A stretch of DNA of 28,614 nt from a virus (taxonomy: Duplodnaviria > Heunggongvirae > Uroviricota > Caudoviricetes). Shown piece by piece: positions 15,036-23,824 of this stretch. The stretch lies in IMG/VR virus record IMGVR_UViG_3300042568_000774; one strand, written 5' to 3'. The notes beneath the pieces are model-generated. The model saw only the letters and a program-made list of their open reading frames with translations, had not been told where the DNA came from and made no database searches. The position numbers were made by a program, and so were the translations under genes. The first letter of the stretch is position 1. Each line of letters opens with the position of its first letter.

Positions 15036-15548
15036 ATGAAAAAAATAATTTTAATTGTAGTATTATTACTAACATTAGTGTCCTGTGAGGTCTATGACCA
15101 ACCAAAAACCTTGAGTTTAAGTGGAGAATACATTATAGACAGAATTACCCGTACATCAACGGAAAATACGTCAGGAACACAACAATTGGTTGTCTATCAA
15201 CCGGGTGACACCTTTATTAGTAATACCGAATCATTTCCAATGGATATGATTGTTGTTGGAGCAACAAGATGGCATTTTGATTATAGTGTAATCTCATTTA
15301 GCCCAATTGGGTTAAACAATGGTCAGGTGTTATGGCAATATCAATATTTTTATCACATATATAATGATTGGTATTATACTGATTTAGGATATATTGAATT
15401 TGAATTGAATAACGGGACAAAAAGGATGTTTAAAATTGTCAATGACTCTATGGAGAGTTTGACTCTTAGAACCACCGGACAATGGCCTGACGGACCATAT
15501 GGTCCTAACACAAACATAACCTTACATCTAACACGAGTTGGACCATAA
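15036..15548 (+). CDS. Lipoprotein, lipocalin-like beta-rich
   Basis: MKK + hydrophobic core + LVSC lipobox (Cys17); LSGEYII start resembles lipocalin-like folds. Confidence 0.8.
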   Translation: MKKIILIVVLLLTLVSCEVYDQPKTLSLSGEYIIDRITRTSTENTSGTQQLVVYQPGDTFISNTESFPMDMIVVGATRWHFDYSVISFSPIGLNNGQVLWQYQYFYHIYNDWYYTDLGYIEFELNNGTKRMFKIVNDSMESLTLRTTGQWPDGPYGPNTNITLHLTRVGP

Positions 15549-15552
15549 TAAA

Positions 15553-15575
15553 AAACCCACCTAATTGGTGGGTTT
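15553..15575. terminator. Bidirectional terminator
   Basis: AAACCCACC-TAATT-GGTGGGTTT between convergent genes. Confidence 0.75.
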
Positions 15576-15580
15576 GTGTT

Positions 15581-15892
15581 TTAAAATAATTGAGCTTCAG
15601 GTAATTTTTTTGGATAGATTAAGTAATACTCATTTAAAAATGATACAATCTCGTCCTCATCTAATTCTTCTTCTTCAAAATCATCGAACATATCTTCAAA
15701 TTCTTCATCATCATCGTCATAAAAATCTTCTTTAAAATTGTTTGATATATTATAACCAAAAGTTTCTATTTCTTCAAGAACTATTTGGTCTGTTCTTATT
15801 TCATCATCATTATCCGTTAGAATTCGGAATGTGACTTCCAACATGTGTGATGTTTCATTTATGTAATAAGATACTAATTCTTTAATTTCCAT
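15581..15892 (-). CDS. Acidic hypothetical protein
   Basis: 103 aa with a D/E-rich tract. Confidence 0.8.
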   Translation of the reverse strand: MEIKELVSYYINETSHMLEVTFRILTDNDDEIRTDQIVLEEIETFGYNISNNFKEDFYDDDDEEFEDMFDDFEEEELDEDEIVSFLNEYYLIYPKKLPEAQLF

Positions 15893-15954
15893 TATCGTTT
15901 AATTTAACATTGTTTATTACAAAGAAATATCACAATTTTTCTAAAAGTCCAGAA

Positions 15955-16527
15955 TTAATTATATTTTTTTAATCTTTTGAACATATCTAAAGATTCATTA
16001 ATCTTGTTAATTATCTCTTCTTTTTCTTCTTCTTCGATTTCATTTTCCTCATCACCTAAATCCATTAAATCGTCAAGATTCATTTCAAATTCATCATCTT
16101 CACACATTTCAAATTCATCATCGGATACATATTCATCGTCAACATCTACCGTACCATTAGGTAAATCATATTCACCATCACCAATCATATCCAATTGTTC
16201 TTCCACTTCTTCAAAACTTTCTTCCGGTGCGTATTCAGTACCAGCAGAAATATACCCTTCATTATACTCTTCTTCTTCATCAGAGAATAATCCGGTACTT
16301 TTACCATCATGTTTCATCTCATTGATGTTCATGTTCTTATAAGCGGTTACAACACCTTTATTATTAACTGTAAGACCTTCTTTATCGTTAGCGAAGTCTT
16401 GAGTGTATAATGGTTGTTCATTTGACGGTTTAATATAACTTGTTAAGTATCCATCATAAACTTCTTTATGTTGGTCAAGGATGTTATTTTTTTCCTCGTT
16501 TGTCATTTTAAAAAAATATGAGTTCAT
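15955..16527 (-). CDS. Highly acidic hypothetical protein (scaffold-like composition)
   Basis: EEKNNILDQH leader; D/E-rich body; INKINESLDMFKRL tail. Confidence 0.75.
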   Translation of the reverse strand: MNSYFFKMTNEEKNNILDQHKEVYDGYLTSYIKPSNEQPLYTQDFANDKEGLTVNNKGVVTAYKNMNINEMKHDGKSTGLFSDEEEEYNEGYISAGTEYAPEESFEEVEEQLDMIGDGEYDLPNGTVDVDDEYVSDDEFEMCEDDEFEMNLDDLMDLGDEENEIEEEEKEEIINKINESLDMFKRLKKYN

Positions 16528-16542
16528 ATTGTTTGTTTTGTA

Positions 16543-17070
16543 TTAAGCAATACCTGTTGTAGTATCTGTTGATTGATTATTCATTGCAAAAGCCGCTTTT
16601 GGTACCATAATACCACTTGAATTTTTAGTACAAAATTGTGTAGTTAATGTTTGGACCAATTCAGGATTAAAAAATTTATCTGTTTCAGAAAGTTTATCTT
16701 CAATAAAAAACTCAAGGAACGGTTGCCCACATTTAAATGTAACTACACCCATTCTATCTGATAATTCGATTCGAACACCCTTTACACCATTATTACTCAT
16801 TTTTTCAACAGGACCACTAACAACCGGTTGAGATGTTAATGTTGGGTCATCATAGATATTAATTATTGTACCAACTTTAAGTTCTTTAATAGGTTGTGGT
16901 GGTGCTACCCTTTGGTTTTGTGATGGTCTATTTGGTCGTGTTGGAGTAGGTGTTCGACGTGTTCCACCTAATAGTGGATTTTGTTCAGAAATTATATTCT
17001 TTTTAGCTGAGTGCATCTCTAAAATTCTATTTTTCTCATCTTGAGAAATATCATTAAATAAATTTTTCAT
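16543..17070 (-). CDS. Hypothetical virion-associated protein
   Basis: DEKNRILEMH...IISEQ leader; ATATTTAT at 17089-17096. Confidence 0.75.
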   Translation of the reverse strand: MKNLFNDISQDEKNRILEMHSAKKNIISEQNPLLGGTRRTPTPTRPNRPSQNQRVAPPQPIKELKVGTIINIYDDPTLTSQPVVSGPVEKMSNNGVKGVRIELSDRMGVVTFKCGQPFLEFFIEDKLSETDKFFNPELVQTLTTQFCTKNSSGIMVPKAAFAMNNQSTDTTTGIA

Positions 17071-17105
17071 ATTAATTTGTTTTTATATATAAATATGTTT
17101 ATGTA

Positions 17106-17687
17106 TTATAAAAGGGTATATGTTTGAATAATCTTGGTTGATAACCTCTGTAGGTATCTGTTTATACTAGACATATCTTCTTCAATCCCCTTATCATTTA
17201 AATAGTTTATAACCCCGTTAATCATTTCTGCTTGAGCTTGGTCAGAGTGTTCCAACATTTCTTCAAACGCGTCTTCATTAGGAACATCTTTGTATTTAAA
17301 TTCGTGTTTAATTCTATCACTACCCATATATAGGTATGGACCGGCACCATACATATTTGTTATACCGGAAGCTCTAACCATTAATAGGTATTTTTTTAAA
17401 AATTTAATGTTAAAATATTTGAACAAATCAATATTGTCCATAATAAATTTATCTCTATCTTCAGTGATTTTTTTCTTAACTTTAAATCTTTCTTCTTTAT
17501 CCCACATATCTGTGTCAGACAATAACGCTAATTTACTACCATTATCCCATTCAACACCATATTGTACGTCACCGAATACCTTATCAACACTATATACCGT
17601 CCCGTGAGTACCATCAGGTACAGAACTTTCTCCTGACATATGTAATAAAATTATTCTATCACCTTTTTTTAATTCCGGATTAATCAT
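17106..17687 (-). CDS. DUF4314-like N-terminal domain fused to a DUF5049-like domain
   Basis: GDRIILLHM...GTHGTV..VD...VEWDNGSKLAL; VRASGITNMY. Confidence 0.6.
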   Translation of the reverse strand: MINPELKKGDRIILLHMSGESSVPDGTHGTVYSVDKVFGDVQYGVEWDNGSKLALLSDTDMWDKEERFKVKKKITEDRDKFIMDNIDLFKYFNIKFLKKYLLMVRASGITNMYGAGPYLYMGSDRIKHEFKYKDVPNEDAFEEMLEHSDQAQAEMINGVINYLNDKGIEEDMSSINRYLQRLSTKIIQTYTLL

Positions 17688-17737
17688 ATTTAATAAAATT
17701 ATTTAACAATAAATATATTTAAAGTATTTATTATTGT

Positions 17738-18367
17738 ATGAAAACCACATTATTAATAAATGAAAGTCAAAAAAGAATAATTCTTAAAGAATCTATTGTT
17801 GACAATATTAGAAAATCCATTGAGGAAGGATACGAATACACTGCAAAAGTATTGTCTGATGTAAAGAAAGATTATGGACTTAATCTTGAGTTTCTTATAA
17901 CTTGGGGTGCTAGTATTGGAGGATTCATCGCACCTATTGGGGAGTTTATTCAAGGTAGATACCCTGAAATATCTGAGGTTGAATTAAGTTTAATATTAAC
18001 AGGTATTATTTCGATACATTATTTGGACAACAAAAAAGAGATTGAAAAAATATTACAAAAAATTAAAGAGGATGGTTTATCCGACGCATTTAAACTTGGG
18101 TTAAAAAAATCAAACGAATTAAAAGATACTTTGTTTAAATTTTTAGAAAGTTTAAACATCACATTCTTTAAAGTATCAAAAATGATGTCATACGCATTTA
18201 TCGTACCAATTTTACTTATGTTATTCAATATGGTTAAAAGTCATGAAATAAATGTTTCTGACGCAAAAGAAATCGCATTGAGAATTGTTGGTAGCGGTAT
18301 CGTTAGTTTATCAGGAATTGTTGTAAGAGATTTAATAACAAAACTTATTAAAAGATTTAAAGATTAA
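17738..18367 (+). CDS. Hypothetical membrane protein with leader
   Basis: LLINESQKRIILKES leader; several hydrophobic segments; GTATTTAT at 17724-17731. Confidence 0.75.
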   Translation: MKTTLLINESQKRIILKESIVDNIRKSIEEGYEYTAKVLSDVKKDYGLNLEFLITWGASIGGFIAPIGEFIQGRYPEISEVELSLILTGIISIHYLDNKKEIEKILQKIKEDGLSDAFKLGLKKSNELKDTLFKFLESLNITFFKVSKMMSYAFIVPILLMLFNMVKSHEINVSDAKEIALRIVGSGIVSLSGIVVRDLITKLIKRFKD

Positions 18368-19146
18368 TAATCTCCGGAAATAAAATCACATAATTTACTT
18401 GAAAATGTTGAATGATTGGTATAGTTAAAATCTTCAATTTCTGTATCACCGATGTTTCTAATGTTTGCGTAGGTATGGGTCCATATCTCACAATCGGCTA
18501 AATCCATATACTGAGTGATTTCATCCCAAACAATCCCATCTAACGGACTTCTAAGATTATCATCTTCACTTATATAACCAACAATAGTTTCTGCAAGGTC
18601 TTTAGGTATATTCTCTAATGGTTTATTATCAACTAATACTTGATTACAATATACGGAAACATTTGTGGTAATACCATCATCAATATACATGTCGGAAACT
18701 TCAACATTAATATTTAATTTTAATTCTTTTCTTTTCCCTTCACAGAAGAAGTGTGTAGATATTTGTTTTGGAGTATTTTCTTCAATATCTTTTGATACTT
18801 TCTTAATAAATGACTGAGGGATATCTCCACCGTATCTATTTATTTTTTCACCATTATAATAAATGTCCTTAACTTTATTAAAAAAATCTTTCCAATCAAG
18901 ACCAACCATTTCACACCCATCTTGTACTATGTGTGTTGATTTACAATGGAAAAAATCCCACAAATAAGGTATGTCCGATTGTTTTGAGGTAATTTCTAAG
19001 TCATAATGGATTTCAGGGTAAGATTGTTGCCCTTTAATTTTTTTAAAAACATCAACATTAACAAATTTAAATCTAAACGCACCAGAGGTATGAGTTAATC
19101 GGATTAGATATGATATAACACCTTTTATTTGAGTATTATTAGCCAT
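18364..19146 (-). CDS. Hypothetical protein
   Basis: 260-aa ORF coupled to the upstream gene. Confidence 0.75.
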   Translation of the reverse strand: MANNTQIKGVISYLIRLTHTSGAFRFKFVNVDVFKKIKGQQSYPEIHYDLEITSKQSDIPYLWDFFHCKSTHIVQDGCEMVGLDWKDFFNKVKDIYYNGEKINRYGGDIPQSFIKKVSKDIEENTPKQISTHFFCEGKRKELKLNINVEVSDMYIDDGITTNVSVYCNQVLVDNKPLENIPKDLAETIVGYISEDDNLRSPLDGIVWDEITQYMDLADCEIWTHTYANIRNIGDTEIEDFNYTNHSTFSSKLCDFISGDY

Positions 19147-20098
19147 TAATAATTATTTGTATCACTTTATCCACTTCATTGTCATTCATTTGGTGAATTT
19201 CTTTATGGTCTTCAAACCAATCTCTAACCACATCATTAAATGGTAATTTTCTTAATTTTGCGATACGTCTAAAACCGGCTCTTTGAGCTTTTATTTCGCG
19301 TGGTTGAGTATAATATTTAAAAGAATTTTTTGTTGGAGTTTTAGTTTTACGTTCCCCTCTATAATCCTGATATAAGTGTTCTAATTCGTGAGCGACTATT
19401 TCATTCAACTCACCAATTATATTATAAAAATCATTCTTTAATGTTTTAGGGTTGATTATTACTAAAATTTGAATCACATCATTATCTGTGGTTTGTCCAT
19501 TCATTTTATATTTTGGAGCGTCATTATCAATTTTAACAAATAAATCTACATTAAACCCAAAAGGTAAATTAATAAATTGATATTCTGAACCATCTTCAAC
19601 ATCGGGTAATCTAAAATCACCAGCTTTAGTATTTTTTAAAACATTAACAATATCTCTTACAACAGTTCTAATGGCTAATCTACTCATTCTTGATTCATTT
19701 ATTGGTTTTGGAACATCAAATGTTAAACTATCAATTGTTGTTCTAATATCTCCATCAAAGATACGTAAAAAATTAGTCATCGCCAAATTTAATTCTGAAT
19801 AGAATTTATATAATCTATTTTCAAAACTTTTAGCAATCATTTTACCTTGTTCATTGTCTTCAGGTGTAAATAGTAATTGACTAAATCTATCATTTAGTCC
19901 TGTGATAACAACATTTAATAAAGCGTAATCATACTCCTCACCAACGCTAGTCATTTTTTTATAACCATTAATTTTAAATTTATAATCTATATCCGAATTC
20001 ATTGATTCCGGTAAATCATTAATTATTTGACCTTTAAACTTAAATGTTCGGGTTGATAATAGTTTATTAATTCTATTTAGTTGTTTTTCTGTTAACAT
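19139..20098 (-). CDS. HExxH zincin-like protein (start revised to MLTEKQ)
   Basis: AHELEH plus downstream YYTQPREIKA; ATG 20098 is 4 nt after GTATTTAT. Confidence 0.7.
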   Translation of the reverse strand: MLTEKQLNRINKLLSTRTFKFKGQIINDLPESMNSDIDYKFKINGYKKMTSVGEEYDYALLNVVITGLNDRFSQLLFTPEDNEQGKMIAKSFENRLYKFYSELNLAMTNFLRIFDGDIRTTIDSLTFDVPKPINESRMSRLAIRTVVRDIVNVLKNTKAGDFRLPDVEDGSEYQFINLPFGFNVDLFVKIDNDAPKYKMNGQTTDNDVIQILVIINPKTLKNDFYNIIGELNEIVAHELEHLYQDYRGERKTKTPTKNSFKYYTQPREIKAQRAGFRRIAKLRKLPFNDVVRDWFEDHKEIHQMNDNEVDKVIQIIING

Positions 20099-20163
20099 AT
20101 CTATAAATACTTTAATAATCAATTAATGTTTTTTTTGTTTATAATTTTACTTATATTTCAAAT

Positions 20164-20568
20164 ATGGAATTATTAAACACACACCCAATTAAAAAATCCG
20201 ACTTGGGATTTCACGGAAATCTTTTTGGTGGGAAATTACTCGCGTGGATTGACGCTGCCGCTGCGGGATATTCAATGCAATTATGTGACACACCAAGAAT
20301 GGTCACAGTAGCTATTGATAAATGTTTTTTTGAAAAACCTGCAAGAGAAGGTCAATTAATTAAAATCTATGGTGAACCATCTTTAATAGGAACAACATCT
20401 GTTACTTTATATATGGAAGCCAGAGCACATAATGTTTATACCGGTAATCAGGTTATTGTTTTAAGAACAAATATAAAATTTGTTATGATTGATGAAGGGG
20501 GAAACCCAATTCCAATTGGTGATAAGGGTAGAAAAAAAATACAAACCTTAATTGACTCTAAAATTTAA
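20164..20568 (+). CDS. Acyl-CoA thioesterase (hotdog fold, YciA-like)
   Basis: DLGFHGNLFGGKLLAWIDAAA...VTVAID...F..P motifs. Confidence 0.9.
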   Translation: MELLNTHPIKKSDLGFHGNLFGGKLLAWIDAAAAGYSMQLCDTPRMVTVAIDKCFFEKPAREGQLIKIYGEPSLIGTTSVTLYMEARAHNVYTGNQVIVLRTNIKFVMIDEGGNPIPIGDKGRKKIQTLIDSKI

Positions 20569-20572
20569 TCAT

Positions 20573-20722
20573 ATGGAATGTTACGAAAAATTATTAGAAT
20601 GGGTTGAGGAAGAACAAAATAAGTTCCCTGATGGCGATTTTGAAATATCACAATTAGTCGCTTACTCAACATTAGAGTTAGTTAAACGAAAAATAATAGA
20701 ATTAAAGGATGAAGAATTATAG
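20573..20722 (+). CDS. 49-aa small ORF (MECYEKLLEWVEEEQ...)
   Basis: Translated by hand; starts 4 nt after the thioesterase stop and fills the gap. Confidence 0.55.
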   Translation: MECYEKLLEWVEEEQNKFPDGDFEISQLVAYSTLELVKRKIIELKDEEL

Positions 20723-20758
20723 TTATCCTTATATTTATAGTATAAAAACATTTCTGTT

Positions 20759-21271
20759 ATGAAAAAAATACAAATAAACGAAAACGAACTTCGTAAATCA
20801 GTTAGAAAACATTTGTTGGAACAATCTGAAACCGGAGCAAAAGATAATAGAGAAGAAAAACAAAGATGTGTTGCTGGAAATGTAATGCCACTAGACGAAC
20901 TTGTTGGTCCTTCTGATAACTTTAGTGATTACGCATCAGGTGTTTTAAAACGTGATGGTGGTATTAACGGAATGGTTGATACATTAGATATGTTAAGAAC
21001 ATTACGTTTACATTCAAACATTAAAGATAATGGTGAACATTTATCTTATAATTTAATGAATCACTTAAACAAATTTAGAAATAAAAATTTCCACGACGAA
21101 ACAAATAATGGTTGTATTAAAGCCATGGATAAAGTAATTGAACTTTATAAAGAGAACGAACACGGGGAAGATTTAGTTAAAGACATTGAAAAAGTGTTGG
21201 CGCACAAAGACCCATCTCCAAGAGCGAAAGAATATCTGAAAAGATGTTTGGTATTAGTTAAGGAGAAATAA
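20759..21271 (+). CDS. Hypothetical virion-associated protein
   Basis: MKKIQINENELRKSVRKHLLEQ leader; ATATTTAT at 20731-20738. Confidence 0.8.
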   Translation: MKKIQINENELRKSVRKHLLEQSETGAKDNREEKQRCVAGNVMPLDELVGPSDNFSDYASGVLKRDGGINGMVDTLDMLRTLRLHSNIKDNGEHLSYNLMNHLNKFRNKNFHDETNNGCIKAMDKVIELYKENEHGEDLVKDIEKVLAHKDPSPRAKEYLKRCLVLVKEK

Positions 21272-21324
21272 TATACCCCGTCATTGGGGACGTTTAGGAC
21301 CGTTATCAGTGATGGTAACAAATT

Positions 21325-21356
21325 AAAGGGGAGATTCGCTATCATCCCCTTTTTTA
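21325..21356 (+). terminator. Intrinsic terminator
   Basis: AAAGGGGA/TCCCCTTT stem followed by a T-tract. Confidence 0.7.
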
Positions 21357-21407
21357 TTTTTTCAGATATTTATAATTGAGTAAATAAACGATTAAAACCT
21401 TAACAAA

Positions 21408-21542
21408 ATGACTAAACCTAAATCAGGTTCATCTTCAAGTACTAAAATTTCTTTTAACAAGAAAAAAGTTTCCGGTAAACACAGAAAATCAAGAAACAAA
21501 CACGACAGGTCTGAAAAGAACTACAGGGGTCAAGGACGTTAA
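21408..21542 (+). CDS. 44-aa highly basic microprotein ending YRGQGR
   Basis: MTKPKSGSSSSTKISFNKKKVSGKHRKSRNKHDRSEKNYRGQGR, translated by hand; ATATTTAT at 21366-21373. Confidence 0.7.
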   Translation: MTKPKSGSSSSTKISFNKKKVSGKHRKSRNKHDRSEKNYRGQGR

Positions 21543-21571
21543 TTTACCATAAATTATTAAAACTAAAAATT

Positions 21572-21844
21572 ATGGGTTTTTTCTCAAGCATTTATGGGGG
21601 AATTAAAGGATTGTTCACTGACGAACATGGTGTAGTATCATCAAAAAGATTTGTTGGTATTCTATGTGCAATAACACTTTGTATTACTATGTATCACAAT
21701 AGTTTCTCAACAGTTGACGTTGCACCGGCACCTTATTTAGTAGACGCGGTTGCATTATTAGCTTTTGGTTGTTTAGGATTATCTTCAGTAGATAAATTCA
21801 CTGCAACAAAGAAAAAAGTTAAAGACGCTACAAGTCAAGAGTAA
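21572..21844 (+). CDS. Small two-TM membrane protein, holin-like
   Basis: SSKR followed by two hydrophobic helices and a basic tail. Confidence 0.6.
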   Translation: MGFFSSIYGGIKGLFTDEHGVVSSKRFVGILCAITLCITMYHNSFSTVDVAPAPYLVDAVALLAFGCLGLSSVDKFTATKKKVKDATSQE

Positions 21845-21849
21845 AAATT

Positions 21850-21875
21850 ACCCCCCTTTAACGAGGGGGTTTTTT
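21850..21875. terminator. Bidirectional terminator
   Basis: CCCCCT-TTAACG-AGGGGG plus T-tract between convergent genes. Confidence 0.7.
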
Positions 21876-22110
21876 ATTGATTATTAAGGAAATCTAATTC
21901 ATCGGTAGTTAATGATTTTACACCGGACTTATTTATTTTGTCTAATAAATCATCAACATTATATTCATTAATTACTTCAATTCGCTCATTGATTTCACTA
22001 TCATCATCAAATAACTCATCAAATAACTCCAATAATTTTTCACGCATTTCCTTATCGTATAATTTTGGTCTAAATATTTTTTTGAACATCGTTAAAGCTT
22101 CTTTTTTCAT
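21874..22110 (-). CDS. Hypothetical protein with DUF6576-like C-terminus
   Basis: VDDLLDKINKSGVKSLTTDELDFL; TACTTTTG box at 22127-22134. Confidence 0.65.
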   Translation of the reverse strand: MKKEALTMFKKIFRPKLYDKEMREKLLELFDELFDDDSEINERIEVINEYNVDDLLDKINKSGVKSLTTDELDFLNNQ

Positions 22111-22170
22111 ATCTAATTATTTTATACAAAAGTAATCATTAATATAATACCAACCAAATAAATTATTACT

Positions 22171-22737
22171 TTATTTTAAGTATTCCAACAATTTTTCTTT
22201 AACACCTGATTGTTTGATTCCTTCATTATCTCTTGGTGTATGAACAAAGTTAGATAAACCCCACTTTTGTTCCAAACCATTTGATTCCAAACCTAATGTT
22301 AAATCATCAATACAAACCCAATGTGTAATTTCAGGGTGGTCGGTTAAATATTGTTTAACCTCTAAACATCTTTGTTGTTCATATTTTGCATTTCGATTCC
22401 ATTCGTATTCGTCAGGACTATCACAATCAAAATAACGTTTGGTAACACCGATTGGTTTTTTGACGATTCCTTCTGAAAGGTAATATTCACCAAGTTCTTC
22501 TAAATTGGCATATAATCTCCAATCGGAAGACACAACGATTTCTGCTCCGGTTTCTTCTAATACCTGATTCAATACCTTGATTGCCTTTTTGTCAAAATAA
22601 TCAAAACGATATTTCACCTCAACATCAGGGTCATTCATCACCAAAGATATTTTATCTTTTTTTCGTTTATTAGCACGACTCCCCCAATTATTCGCCAAAC
22701 AGATAACACCATCGTTATCCAAAAATATTACTTTCAT
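22171..22737 (-). CDS. HAD-family phosphatase (HAD_SAK_2 / Swiss Army Knife RNA-repair type)
   Basis: VIFLDNDGV, IVVSSDWR and WVCIDD motifs. Confidence 0.85.
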   Translation of the reverse strand: MKVIFLDNDGVICLANNWGSRANKRKKDKISLVMNDPDVEVKYRFDYFDKKAIKVLNQVLEETGAEIVVSSDWRLYANLEELGEYYLSEGIVKKPIGVTKRYFDCDSPDEYEWNRNAKYEQQRCLEVKQYLTDHPEITHWVCIDDLTLGLESNGLEQKWGLSNFVHTPRDNEGIKQSGVKEKLLEYLK

Positions 22738-22907
22738 ATTCTTATTTCAAAATTAAAATCGTCTTCATCATCCTCATCTTCTTCCTCCTCTTCCGGTTCA
22801 TTTGCCTCAAGTATTTTTGAGACACTTAAATTGTATAGGACATCCCCCAAGCTATCCTGTGATAGGATATACTTTCTAATTTCATCAATTGTAAATGTGT
22901 TTTGCAT
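22734..22907 (-). CDS. Small acidic hypothetical protein (start revised to MQNTF)
   Basis: The revised start removes a long overlap with 22909..23166; ATGA-coupled to the HAD gene. Confidence 0.6.
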   Translation of the reverse strand: MQNTFTIDEIRKYILSQDSLGDVLYNLSVSKILEANEPEEEEEDEDDEDDFNFEIRI

Positions 22908-22908
22908 C

Positions 22909-23166
22909 TTATATATAGGTATTAACTTTATACGCTTCGTAATCATATAGATTCGCTGAGTAATGTGAATATTTTGGGTCAACCAAATATTGGATAATAT
23001 TACCCGTCTTCAGATTCTTACTTTCCCAAATGTATTGACCGGTTTCATTTAATGTTGGTAATGTTGTTACCTCACATTTAATACCAACACCCAACTCATA
23101 TTCATAATGAATATCACCAACTTTAATCTCCTCAACTATTACGTTTCCTTTTGTGTATGTTTTCAT
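22909..23166 (-). CDS. Hypothetical protein
   Basis: 85-aa ORF in a packed operon. Confidence 0.75.
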   Translation of the reverse strand: MKTYTKGNVIVEEIKVGDIHYEYELGVGIKCEVTTLPTLNETGQYIWESKNLKTGNIIQYLVDPKYSHYSANLYDYEAYKVNTYI

Positions 23167-23305
23167 ATTCTATACAATGTTTACAATTATTTTTTTCTTT
23201 TTCTGATTGGTGGATTATCTTGTTGTTAGTACAATACCACTTCTTTTCGTAGGGGTGAAAATTCTCCCATTTATCATAATACCCCGGATTCCACCCATTA
23301 TCCAT
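23132..23305 (-). CDS. 57-aa Cys/His-containing small ORF
   Basis: MDNGWNPGYY...WYC...H...CKHC, translated by hand; start overlaps the upstream stop; 35-nt overlap with the next gene. Confidence 0.45.
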   Translation of the reverse strand: MDNGWNPGYYDKWENFHPYEKKWYCTNNKIIHQSEKEKNNCKHCIEYENIHKRKRNS

Positions 23306-23495
23306 TTAATATTCTTTTTATAACCGGAACAATACATTTGTGAGTATCATTAGGTTCGTCAATAATATATTTGGTGTTAAAATCCTCCTTTGTTAATTCA
23401 ACTAAATTAACCTTATCTTTATTCATTTCAAATCCATATAAGGTTTTGAACTTATCACCATTGTTTTCTATTTGAACTGAAAATCTATTTTCCAT
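23298..23495 (-). CDS. Hypothetical protein
   Basis: 65-aa ORF, coupled at both ends. Confidence 0.65.
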   Translation of the reverse strand: MENRFSVQIENNGDKFKTLYGFEMNKDKVNLVELTKEDFNTKYIIDEPNDTHKCIVPVIKRILNG

Positions 23496-23697
23496 CTTTT
23501 ATTTTTTTTATACCTCCCCACTTTAACATATTGTTTATTCTATTTTCTAAAGTAATAAAATCTCCTATCTCCAAACAGTAGTTGAGTTGTTTTAGTTGAA
23601 ATTCTCTGCTACTATTAACACTTGTTTCGTCCCAATACTCTGTGTCTAATTCGTATTTTTGATTTCTGTATATAATGGTGTATTGATTATCTTCCAT
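23485..23697 (-). CDS. Hypothetical protein (start revised to MEDNQ)
   Basis: ATG 23697 overlaps the stop of the 23687..23824 small ORF. Confidence 0.65.
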   Translation of the reverse strand: MEDNQYTIIYRNQKYELDTEYWDETSVNSSREFQLKQLNYCLEIGDFITLENRINNMLKWGGIKKIKDGK

Positions 23698-23824
23698 CTT
23701 TTTTCTTTGGTATTTCGTAATTTTCCTCCAACCATTCAAATAATTCGTGGGGTAAAATACACGGGTAAAAATCTATAAAATCAAATAAGATTTCTTCCCA
23801 ATCGTTTTCATTATTTTCCGGCAT
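23687..23824 (-). CDS. 45-aa small ORF (MPENNENDWEEILFDF...)
   Basis: Translated by hand; TAATG-coupled to the upstream gene. Confidence 0.6.
   Translation of the reverse strand: MPENNENDWEEILFDFIDFYPCILPHELFEWLEENYEIPKKKDGR

Noticed and set aside
16083-16122. Duplicated TTCAAATTCATCATC
   Set aside because: A simple duplication within an acidic low-complexity tract (DDEFEM x2).
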